A stretch of DNA of 63,601 bases from an uncultured Anaerolineales bacterium (GTDB lineage: Bacteria > Chloroflexota > Anaerolineae > UBA1429), in assembly GCA_964651255.1 (NCBI GenBank), contig CAZYWU010000002.1:82038-145638 (forward strand). Reading direction: 5' to 3'. The notes under the pieces are model-generated. The model saw only the letters and a program-made list of their open reading frames with translations. It was not told the DNA's origin and did no database searches. Positions 55,725 to 63,601 of this stretch are shown here, piece after piece (position 1 is the first letter of the stretch; the number at the start of each line of letters is the position of its first letter). The translations under genes and the position numbers were made by a program.

Positions 55725-55931
55725 ATGTTAAGTGAGGAGCTTTTGGCCATTCTCGCCTGTCCTGCCTGCAAGACGGCGGTAACGCTCAAGCACGATCGCT
55801 GGCTTGTGTGCCAGAATCCGGAGTGCGGCCGCAAGTACCCGATCAAGGACGGTATCCCGATTATGCTGATCGAGGAAGGCGACAAGTATGTCAAGGTCTC
55901 CGAGGATGACCTGCAGTCTATTGAGATCTAG
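55725..55931 (+). CDS. Trm112-like (YcaR family) protein
   Basis: LL.ILACP.CK, L.C...C.R.YPI.DGIPIML. SD GGAGG. Confidence 0.9.
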   Translation: MLSEELLAILACPACKTAVTLKHDRWLVCQNPECGRKYPIKDGIPIMLIEEGDKYVKVSEDDLQSIEI

Positions 55932-55941
55932 TTCAACCGGC

Positions 55942-57096
55942 TTGAGCAAGGCCGGCCGCGTTACCGTTATTGCACTGATTCTCCTGCTGCTTTTGGCCCC
56001 GGCCGCTGATCCCGTTCTGGCGCAATCCGGCTGGCAGGTCCTCGACACGCGGGTCAGCGCCAGCTTTGCTGATAGCCTCGATGTCGCTCTGCGCGTGAGG
56101 CACGACGAGCCTATTGTCGATGTCATCCTGTTCTATGGGCGCGCGGGTGATCGCCTTGTCCGCCGCATCTATCCCCCCTTTACGCCGGGAACTGAGGTCA
56201 CTATGGACTATAGCGAGCCTCTCTACGCCGGCCAGTTTGCTCCCGGAACGGAATTGCGTGTCTGGTGGCGGCTCACAGATGCCACTGGCGAGGCTTTCGA
56301 CACAATCGTAGAGACGATCCGCTATGTCGACGACTCCCACGACTGGGAGTCCCTTGAGGGCGAGAACGTCACGCTCTACTATTACGACGTACGTCAATCC
56401 CGCGCCGCAGAGTGGCTGGACGAGGCGGAACGCGCTCTGGACAGGATACAGTCTGACCTTGGAATATCCCTGGTTTCTCCCGTCGACATTTACGTCTATC
56501 GCAACGAAAGCGACATGAGCGCCGCCTTTGCGACACGCAGCGACGACTATGACGCGCGGGTAACGACCCTCGGTGTAGCGGTGGACGAAGATACCCTGAT
56601 CCTTCTCGGGTCACAGAGCGACCTCGAGCTCACCATGGCCCACGAGCTCAGCCATATCGTCGTCGGCATGGCCACCGACAATCCGTATGCCGGACTACCG
56701 CGCTGGCTCGACGAGGGCCTGGCGATGCGGGCGGAAGGCGAACTTCCCCGGCAGAACGCACTGGCGCTCGAGCTCGGCATTGCCCGAGACGAGCTACTGT
56801 CGGTGCGCTCCATGACCAGCTACAGCGGGCGAGTCGACCAGGTAGATCTCTTTTACGGAGAGTGCTACTCGGTCGTGACCTTTATGATCGAGACCTATGG
56901 CAGGGAGAAGATGACCGAGCTCCTGCAGGTCTTTGCAGAAGGCACAAGCCAGCATGACGCGCTAGAGCGCGTCTACGGCTTGACTATTGAGGAGCTGGAT
57001 GCGCGCTGGCGCATCAGCCTCGGTCTAGAACCAAGGTCATCCCTCGATTGGATGCCATTGTTCGCCGGATATGCCCCGGCGCATTGTCCCTGCTGA
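55942..57096 (+). CDS. Secreted peptidase MA-like gluzincin (start uncertain; ORF open from 55888)
   Basis: Signal peptide, beta-rich N-domain, HELSH...WLDEGLA. Confidence 0.8.
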   Translation: MSKAGRVTVIALILLLLLAPAADPVLAQSGWQVLDTRVSASFADSLDVALRVRHDEPIVDVILFYGRAGDRLVRRIYPPFTPGTEVTMDYSEPLYAGQFAPGTELRVWWRLTDATGEAFDTIVETIRYVDDSHDWESLEGENVTLYYYDVRQSRAAEWLDEAERALDRIQSDLGISLVSPVDIYVYRNESDMSAAFATRSDDYDARVTTLGVAVDEDTLILLGSQSDLELTMAHELSHIVVGMATDNPYAGLPRWLDEGLAMRAEGELPRQNALALELGIARDELLSVRSMTSYSGRVDQVDLFYGECYSVVTFMIETYGREKMTELLQVFAEGTSQHDALERVYGLTIEELDARWRISLGLEPRSSLDWMPLFAGYAPAHCPC

Positions 57097-57950
57097 TGCC
57101 AGAACTGCCCGAGGTCGAGTCCATCCGGCAGGGCCTGAACGCGGCTCTGCCCGGGCAAGTGATCAACCATGTGGAGATCCGATGGCCTGGCGTTGTGGCG
57201 ACCCATACCGCGGACGCCTTCCAGCAGGCCATCGAGGGATTGCGCTTTGGTCCCATCGGGCGCAGGGGCAAGTACTTGATCCTCTCTCTTCCCCCATACG
57301 ATCTGGTCATCCACCTTCGCATGACCGGACGTCTCTATGTGTGTGAGAGCGCCCTGCCCGACTGGGAGACCCATCCTCACGTGCGGGCGGTGTTTACCCT
57401 GGCAGGGGGCGGCAGACTGTATATGCACGACCTGCGGAAATTCGGACGGATGTATCTGGTCGCCGACGCCAATAGCATCATCGAAACACTCGGCCCGGAG
57501 CCTCTGGACAGCGCGTTCTCCGCCGAACGGCTGGGCCAGATCCTGAGCCGGCATCATCGCCAGATCAAGCCCCTCCTGTTGGACCAGCACACGGTCGCGG
57601 GCCTGGGCAACATCTATGTAGATGAGTCGCTCTGGCTCGCCGGCCTGCACCCAATGAGGAACTCGGATTCGCTGACTGGTGCTGAAATCACGGCGCTGCA
57701 TCAGGCCATTCGCAACGTTCTGAGCGCCGCGGTCGCGCATGGCGGCACCACTGTGCGTGACTATCGCGGGGCAGATGACGAGCGGGGCACGCACCAGTTC
57801 TCGCTCGCCGTCTACGGACGCACCAATCAGCCCTGCCCTCGCTGCGGCACCTTCATCACCCGTATGGTGGTGGGACAACGGGGCACCCATGTCTGCCCCA
57901 CGTGCCAGCCCTTGCCTGAAGTGCAGGAGGTGAACGATGGAGAGCCATAG
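57096..57950 (+). CDS. mutM: Formamidopyrimidine-DNA glycosylase
   Basis: MPELPEVE, RRGKY, HLRMTG, D.RKFG, GLGNIY.DE, CPRCG..CPTCQ zinc finger. Confidence 0.97.
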   Translation: MPELPEVESIRQGLNAALPGQVINHVEIRWPGVVATHTADAFQQAIEGLRFGPIGRRGKYLILSLPPYDLVIHLRMTGRLYVCESALPDWETHPHVRAVFTLAGGGRLYMHDLRKFGRMYLVADANSIIETLGPEPLDSAFSAERLGQILSRHHRQIKPLLLDQHTVAGLGNIYVDESLWLAGLHPMRNSDSLTGAEITALHQAIRNVLSAAVAHGGTTVRDYRGADDERGTHQFSLAVYGRTNQPCPRCGTFITRMVVGQRGTHVCPTCQPLPEVQEVNDGEP

Positions 57951-58797
57951 TCAGGAGAGCCTGCACGCCGCGCTCACGGAGATGAAAGCGAGCGCCTTGG
58001 AACAGCCGCCCATCCTGTCACTGGCCGCCACGGCTCAGATGGCTGCACAGTATGGACAGAGCCGGCGCGACGTCGAGATCGCCGCCCTTAGGGCCGGCAT
58101 CCTGCCCGGGCGCTATCAGCGCAACCACGGCACCGTGGGCTGGGAGGGACAGATCCGGCTGCTGCAAGCGACAGTGGCGGTCGTCGGCGCCGGAGGGCTG
58201 GGAGGCTGGATCATCGAGGGCCTGGCTCGCATGGGGATCGGCCATCTGATCGTCATCGACGGAGATGTGTTTGAGGAGAACAACCTGAACCGGCAGGCAG
58301 GCTGTACCGAGTCGACCCTGGGGCGCGCCAAGGCGCAGGTGCTCGCCGAACGGATAGGGCAGGTCAATCTTGCCACCACCGTCACGCCCCATGTGACCTG
58401 GCTGACTGAGCGTAACGGGCACGAGCTGCTGGAGGGCGCGCAGATCGTGGTGGATGCACTGGATTCACTGGCCGCCCGCATGACCCTGCAGGAGATAGCC
58501 AGAGATATGCAGGTGCCGCTGGTACACGGTGCCATCGCGGGCTACACCGGCCAAGTCACCATCGTGTTTCCGGACGATCCGGGGCTCGCCAGCATCTACG
58601 GTCCCGGGCCCTATCCAGAGCACGGCATCGAGACGACGCTGGGGAATCCCACAGCAACGCCGATGATGGTTGCGGCCTGGCAGATACAGCAGGTGGTAAA
58701 ATACGTGATCGGCAGCACAGAGGGCCTGTTACGTAACCGGCTTCTGATATTGGACGCCCAGGCCGGAGATACCCTCCTCCTCGTGCTCGGCAATTAG
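57937..58797 (+). CDS. HesA/MoeB/ThiF family adenylyltransferase
   Basis: RY.RN...GQ..L, VGAGGLG, DGD.FE..NLNRQ, KA, VDALDS. No CxxC zinc motifs. Confidence 0.85.
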   Translation: MESHSQESLHAALTEMKASALEQPPILSLAATAQMAAQYGQSRRDVEIAALRAGILPGRYQRNHGTVGWEGQIRLLQATVAVVGAGGLGGWIIEGLARMGIGHLIVIDGDVFEENNLNRQAGCTESTLGRAKAQVLAERIGQVNLATTVTPHVTWLTERNGHELLEGAQIVVDALDSLAARMTLQEIARDMQVPLVHGAIAGYTGQVTIVFPDDPGLASIYGPGPYPEHGIETTLGNPTATPMMVAAWQIQQVVKYVIGSTEGLLRNRLLILDAQAGDTLLLVLGN

Positions 58798-58849
58798 CCT
58801 GCCTGCACGTCACCAGAGGCGCCGCAGGGGCTCGCGCTCCAGGACGCGC

Positions 58850-61753
58850 TCACGTGCCTTTACGCCGCCCACCGCTGGCTACTGGCTGGGCCTGAGCAGC
58901 CGCCTGCTCCGGCGTCAGCCCCTTGGGCAGGCAGCATTGCTTGTACTTTTTGCCACTGCCGCAGGGACAGGGATCGTTGCGCCCCACCCGGGCCGAGGCA
59001 CGCCTCTGCCGCTGCTTCTCTGACGACGCAGAAGCCGAGCTGGAGCCCGAGTAACTCAGCCGTTGACGTGGCGCAGGTTCGCGGCGCGCGACCTGGATAT
59101 TGAGCACATAGTGCGCCACGTCGCTCTGGATGTCCTGCATCAGCTGCTCAAAGGCCTGATACGCCTCACGCTTGTATTCCACCAGCGGATTGCGCTGGCC
59201 GACCGCGCGCAGCCCGATGCCATTCCGCAGCTCGTCCAGCGCAGTCAGGTGCCGTATCCAGCGGGTGTCGATCACGCGCAGCATGAGCAGGCGCTCCATC
59301 TGGCGCATCGCATCGGCCCCCAGTTCCGCTTCTCGCGCGTCGTATTGCGCTCGCGCCAGCTCAACGACCTGATCCTCGATCTCGGCGCTGGTCATGTCTT
59401 TCCAGGTTGCGACCGAGTGCGTTAGCGGAAGGCCGACGATGCGATCGATGGCATCGTGCAGGCCGGCAAGGTCCCAGTCCTCCTCGTAGCCTCCCGTCGC
59501 CGCCCGCACCGTCCGACGCAGCTCATCCTCGAGGATGCCCAGAATGAACGGTTTGAGGTTGGACTCGCTCAGCACCAGCCGGCGCTGCTCGTAGATCACC
59601 TGACGCTGCTGGTTCAGGACATCGTCGTACTCGAGGAGATGCTTGCGCATGTCAAAGTTGTGCCCCTCGACGCGCTGTTGCGCACTCTCGATCGCCCTGT
59701 TGACCATGGCGTGCTCCAGAGGCAGGTCCTCTTCAACACCCAGTTGATCCATAATCCGTGCCACCGATGGCCCGCCAAACCGGACCATCAGATCATCCTG
59801 TAAAGAAACGAAAAACCGTGAAGAGCCAGGGTCCCCCTGGCGGCCGGCACGACCGCGCAGCTGGTTGTCGATGCGGCGTGCCTCATAGCGCTCAGTGCCG
59901 ATGACGTGCAGCCCACCGGCCGCAAGGACAATATCACGATTGGCGGCGACCTGAGCCTGGGCTTCGGCGAGCGCCGCTTCCCATACACCGGGCTCGAGCG
60001 ATTGAAGGTCCTTGCCCTGATGCCTGAGGGCCTCGCGCGCCAGGCCCTCGGCATTGCCGCCGAGCAGGATGTCCACGCCACGACCTGCCATATTGGTAGC
60101 GATGGTGACCGCCCCCGGCTGACCAGCCTGAGCGATGATCACAGCCTCGCGCTCGTGATACTTGGCATTCAGCACCTGATGCTTGATGCCGCGACGCGTC
60201 AGCATGCTGGACAACATCTCGGAAGTCTCGATGGCCAGCGTGCCCACCAGAACCGGCTGGTTCTTTTCGTGGCACGCCTCGATCTCCTCGACGACCTTGC
60301 GGAACTTGACCTCTGGCGTTTTGTAGATCACATCGGCGTGATCCACGCGGATCATCGGTTTGTGGGTCGGGATCACGAGGACTTCGAGATTGTAGATCTG
60401 CGAGAACTCTTCCGCCTCTGTCTCGGCCGTACCCGTCATACCTGACAGGCGCCGGTACATCCGGAAAAAGTTCTGGAAAGTGATCGTAGCCAGCGTCAGA
60501 CTCTCGCGCTGGACCCGCACATTCTCCTTGGCCTCGATCGCCTGGTGCAGGCCCTCCGAGTAGCGGCGCCCATGCATCAGGCGTCCCGTGAACTCATCTA
60601 CGATGATCACGTTGCCATCAGAGACGACATAGTCTCTGTCCCGCTGGAAGAGAGCCCTGGCCTTGAGCGCGTTCTCCAGATAGGGAGTCAGTTCATAGTG
60701 CTCCGGAGCGTACAGGTTATCGATGCCCAGCGCACGCTCCACCTTGTTGATCCCATCATCGGTAATGGTGGCCATAGTGCGCTTCTCGTCGATCGTATAG
60801 TCGACGCCCTCTTGCAGCCGACTGACGATCTGAGCGAAACGGCGATACTGGTCCGTAGATTCCTCGGCCGGCGCAGAGATGATCAACGGCGTGCGGGCTT
60901 CGTCGATCAGGATGTTGTCGACCTCGTCCACGATGGCAAAATAGAGCTCGCGCTGCACGCGGCTCTCAAGATCCACCGCCATGTTATCCCGCAGATAGTC
61001 AAAGCCGAACTCGTTATTGGTCCCGTAGGTGATGTCCGCCTCGTACGCCTCGCGCCGGGCGCAAGGCCGCAGATTCAGATAGCGGTCATCGGAGGCCGGA
61101 TAGTGCGGGTCGTAGAGAAATGAACCCATGGCGGGATTCTCACCCATCGACTGGATGACACCCACCGATAGACCCAGGAGGTGATACACCGGGCCCATCC
61201 ATTGAGCGCCCACTTTGGACAGGTAGTCATTGGGGGTTACGAGGTGTGCTCCGCGGCCGGTAAGCGCGGCAAGATACAGAGGCAGCGTCGCAACCAGCGT
61301 CTTGCCCTCGCCGGTCTTCATCTCTGCGATCATGTTCCTGTGCAAAACGATGCCGCCCAGCATCTGTTCGTCAAAGTGACGCAAGCCGATCGTCCGAACA
61401 CTGGCCTCACGGACAGCCGCAAAGGCCTCCGGAAGGATCGCATCCAGCTCCACCCGCTCCCGCTGATCCAGGTCTTTTTCGAGCTCCTCGATCTCCAGGC
61501 GCAGGGTGCGGCGGCGGTCGTCGTCCGTCTCGGTGTCCAGCTCCGCCTGAAGGCTCTGCAAACGCGTTCTCGTCGCACGCGTAGCCTCAGCGATCCGCTC
61601 TCGATAGCGATCGGTCAACTGGTGAAGCTCCGGATCGCTTTTCGCCTGCATCTGCGGCTCGAGCGCATTGATCTGTAGAACGATTGGCTGCAGTTTCTTG
61701 ATCTCGCGCTCATTTGGATCACCAAAGATCGCTTTGGTCAATTTCGCTAACAT
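58850..61753 (-). CDS. secA: Preprotein translocase ATPase SecA
   Basis: EMKTGEGKTL, TNNEFGFDYLRDN, VDEVDNILIDEARTPLIIS, ATNMAGRG, QLRGRAGRQGDPG, SEC-C RNDPCPCGSGKKYKQC. Confidence 0.98.
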   Translation of the reverse strand: MLAKLTKAIFGDPNEREIKKLQPIVLQINALEPQMQAKSDPELHQLTDRYRERIAEATRATRTRLQSLQAELDTETDDDRRRTLRLEIEELEKDLDQRERVELDAILPEAFAAVREASVRTIGLRHFDEQMLGGIVLHRNMIAEMKTGEGKTLVATLPLYLAALTGRGAHLVTPNDYLSKVGAQWMGPVYHLLGLSVGVIQSMGENPAMGSFLYDPHYPASDDRYLNLRPCARREAYEADITYGTNNEFGFDYLRDNMAVDLESRVQRELYFAIVDEVDNILIDEARTPLIISAPAEESTDQYRRFAQIVSRLQEGVDYTIDEKRTMATITDDGINKVERALGIDNLYAPEHYELTPYLENALKARALFQRDRDYVVSDGNVIIVDEFTGRLMHGRRYSEGLHQAIEAKENVRVQRESLTLATITFQNFFRMYRRLSGMTGTAETEAEEFSQIYNLEVLVIPTHKPMIRVDHADVIYKTPEVKFRKVVEEIEACHEKNQPVLVGTLAIETSEMLSSMLTRRGIKHQVLNAKYHEREAVIIAQAGQPGAVTIATNMAGRGVDILLGGNAEGLAREALRHQGKDLQSLEPGVWEAALAEAQAQVAANRDIVLAAGGLHVIGTERYEARRIDNQLRGRAGRQGDPGSSRFFVSLQDDLMVRFGGPSVARIMDQLGVEEDLPLEHAMVNRAIESAQQRVEGHNFDMRKHLLEYDDVLNQQRQVIYEQRRLVLSESNLKPFILGILEDELRRTVRAATGGYEEDWDLAGLHDAIDRIVGLPLTHSVATWKDMTSAEIEDQVVELARAQYDAREAELGADAMRQMERLLMLRVIDTRWIRHLTALDELRNGIGLRAVGQRNPLVEYKREAYQAFEQLMQDIQSDVAHYVLNIQVARREPAPRQRLSYSGSSSASASSEKQRQRRASARVGRNDPCPCGSGKKYKQCCLPKGLTPEQAAAQAQPVASGGRRKGT

Positions 61754-61824
61754 CGATGCGAGCCCCCTAAACTATTATGTAAAACACCCTGTCAACCATG
61801 GGTGATTCTTCAGCATACCCTGTT

Positions 61825-61833
61825 ATTGTACCA
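61825..61833 (-). promoter_or_regulatory. Extended -10 element upstream of secA
   Basis: TGGTACAAT on the minus strand, about 70 nt before the ATG. Confidence 0.5.
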
Positions 61834-61870
61834 TAAAGCCTCGCGGGCCCACATCTGGGCGGCGGTGCAC

Positions 61871-61900
61871 AAAGAAGAGTCCGGCACAGGTGCCGGACTC
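61871..61900 (-). terminator. Intrinsic terminator of the decarboxylase operon
   Basis: GAGTCCGGCA / TGCCGGACTC 10-bp stem, followed by TTCTTT on the minus strand. Confidence 0.8.
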
Positions 61901-61935
61901 AGATTCAGCAGGTTCGTTACTGTGCGGGCGAGATA

Positions 61936-63051
61936 CTAGCCCAGCAGTGCCAGGACAACCCCTCCAGCCATAACCGAGGCGATCTGGCCGGCTGTGTTCG
62001 AGGCCATCGCGTGCATGAGCAAAAAGTTGGTGGGATCCTCCTGCTGGCCGACCTTTTGCACTACCCGAGCGGACATCGGAAAGGCCGAGATACCACAGGC
62101 GCCAAGCAACGGATTGATCTTGCCACCGGAAAAGACCTTCATCAGCTTGCCAAAGAGCGTGCCTGCGGCTGTATCCAGGATAAAGGCCACCAGACCCATG
62201 GCAATGATGAGCAGAGTCTCGGGGCGCAGGAACTTGTCCGCCACCATGGTGGATCCAATGGTGATGCCAAGGAACGTGGTGACGAGGTTGGCCAGTTCGT
62301 TCTGGGCCGTCTGGCTGATCCGCTCCACCACACCCGCCTCGCGCACCAGGTTACCGAACATCAGCATGCCGATTAGAGGCGTCGCCTCGGGCGCGATCAA
62401 ACCGGCCACCACGGTGACCACGATCGGGAACAGTATCCGGGTGACCCTGGACGTAGGACGCGAGGTATAGGGCATCTTGATCCGTCGTTCCTGCTGTGTC
62501 GTCAGCAGCCTCATCACCGGAGGCTGAATGATCGGAACCAGCGACATGTAGGAATAAGCGGCCACTGTGATCGGTGCAACCAGGTTAGGCGCCAGCTCGG
62601 ACGCCACAAAGATGGATGTTGGGCCGTCCGCGGCGCCAATGATGCCAATGGAAGCCGCTTCGTTGATGCTGAAACCAAACAGTGTCGCCACGAGTAGCGT
62701 GCCGAAAATGCCAAACTGCGCCGCGGCGCCAAATAGCGCATAGCGCGGGTTCTCCAAAAGAGGGCCAAAGTCCGTCATCGCGCCGATGCCGATAAAAACC
62801 AGGCTGGGGAAGAGCTCGCTCTCGATGCCCACGTCATAGAGCAATTTGAGCAAGCCGCCCTCATCCACCATGCCCGTATTCGGGATATTCGCCAGAATGC
62901 ACCCCAAACCGATGGGAAGCAGGAGCAGGGGCTCGTATTCGTACCTGATGGCCAGCCAGATCAATAGACCGCCGACCGCCATCATCACGATGCTGCCCCA
63001 GGTGAGGCCCATCACGCCCTTGAGCAAAGACTGAAGTGAACCCAGGTCCAT
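61936..63051 (-). CDS. Na+-translocating decarboxylase beta subunit (OadB/MmdB/GcdB)
   Basis: EPLLLLPIG.G, GAMTDFGPLL, IGIIGAADGPT, AAYSYMSLVPIIQPP, ISAFPMSAR, HAM..N.AG. Confidence 0.95.
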   Translation of the reverse strand: MDLGSLQSLLKGVMGLTWGSIVMMAVGGLLIWLAIRYEYEPLLLLPIGLGCILANIPNTGMVDEGGLLKLLYDVGIESELFPSLVFIGIGAMTDFGPLLENPRYALFGAAAQFGIFGTLLVATLFGFSINEAASIGIIGAADGPTSIFVASELAPNLVAPITVAAYSYMSLVPIIQPPVMRLLTTQQERRIKMPYTSRPTSRVTRILFPIVVTVVAGLIAPEATPLIGMLMFGNLVREAGVVERISQTAQNELANLVTTFLGITIGSTMVADKFLRPETLLIIAMGLVAFILDTAAGTLFGKLMKVFSGGKINPLLGACGISAFPMSARVVQKVGQQEDPTNFLLMHAMASNTAGQIASVMAGGVVLALLG

Positions 63052-63067
63052 GCTGATTTCTCCTCCC

Positions 63068-63520
63068 CTAGCCTATGGTCACGAGAGGAGCATCGTTCGC
63101 GACGGTCTGACCCACTTGCACATGGACTGCCTTGACGGTGCCGGCCGCCGTTGCGCTGATGGGCATCTCCATCTTCATGGCCTCCAGCGTGCAGACAATA
63201 TCACCCCGCTGGATGGCCTGACCGACTGTCACCAGAACAGACAAGATCTTGCCTGGCATCGGAGCCACAACGACCTCACCGGACACCGAACCTACAGGTG
63301 CGGTCTCCACGACAGGCTCGGCAGGGGCTTCGGACACTGCAGCAGGAGTCGCCGTCGCGGCTGCCGCCGGAGCAGCAGGTGCGACGGGACTGGCGGCTGC
63401 CTCGCTGAAACTCACCGACCTGGGCACACCATTGACCACCACGCTAACCGGCGACCGCGACACGTCGCCAACTTCGACAATAAAAGTCTGTCCATCAATA
63501 ACGAGCTCAAGTGTTGCCAC
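63068..63520 (-). CDS. Biotin carboxyl carrier protein (MmdC/GcdC-like)
   Basis: Ala/Pro-rich linker; APMPGKI, EAMKME (biotinylated Lys). Confidence 0.93.
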   Translation of the reverse strand: MATLELVIDGQTFIVEVGDVSRSPVSVVVNGVPRSVSFSEAAASPVAPAAPAAAATATPAAVSEAPAEPVVETAPVGSVSGEVVVAPMPGKILSVLVTVGQAIQRGDIVCTLEAMKMEMPISATAAGTVKAVHVQVGQTVANDAPLVTIG

Positions 63521-63532
63521 AGTTCCCCTCCC

Positions 63533-63601
63533 TTACTGCATCGATGAAAGCCGGCCCTGGCTCTTCCAGTTTCCGGTGCCAGGATCAATACTGAGCACGG
63601 T
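63533..63601 (-). CDS. 3' end of probable OadG/MmdD-like small subunit (partial)
   Basis: ...TVLSIDPGTGNWKSQGRLSSMQ*; W...GR C-terminal motif and position before the biotin carrier gene. Confidence 0.5.
   Translation of the reverse strand, partial: TVLSIDPGTGNWKSQGRLSSMQ

Overview
A roughly 60% GC, gene-dense chromosomal window, most consistent with a Chloroflexota (probably Anaerolineae) genome. That taxonomy is inferred from the short EF-Ts, CarD and typical Chloroflexota membrane and glycoside-hydrolase families. No mobile element, CRISPR array or rRNA was seen. Contents in order: (i) purine operon purL(partial)-purQ-purB-purC-purE-purF-purD-purM-purN, with no purK or purH; (ii) an archaemetzincin-like gene divergent from a long HEAT-repeat gene, then fucI-like, prs, two ychF paralogues flanking an ADH/M42/VanW trio, and a GH3-PTE-propeller-pseudoPP2C run; (iii) pckG, S4, GNAT, enolase-family, SBP, GH, tRNA-Arg(CCT), MBL-rtcA convergent with ammA-dusB-kdgK, UroD-family, purO, carD, PHP, mutS and a GT-C-like protein; (iv) rpsB-tsf-pyrH-frr-uppS-cdsA followed by a 7TM-GAF-HTH regulator, then Trm112-peptidase-mutM-ThiF, secA and the end of a Na+-decarboxylase cluster. 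Best leads: (1) purC and purE look like the two halves of animal PAICS, sit in the same order and frame, and are separated by a single TAG; (2) an archaeal-type PurO, giving a mosaic PurK-free and possibly PurH-free purine pathway; (3) a tRNA T-loop/minihelix-like hairpin covering the RBS of the divergent ychF paralogue; (4) a kinase-less membrane one-component regulator appended to the core translation operon; (5) two apparent pseudoenzymes, a PP2C and an HHLGH metzincin. All family assignments come from motifs read by eye and reference sequences recalled from memory; no database search was run.
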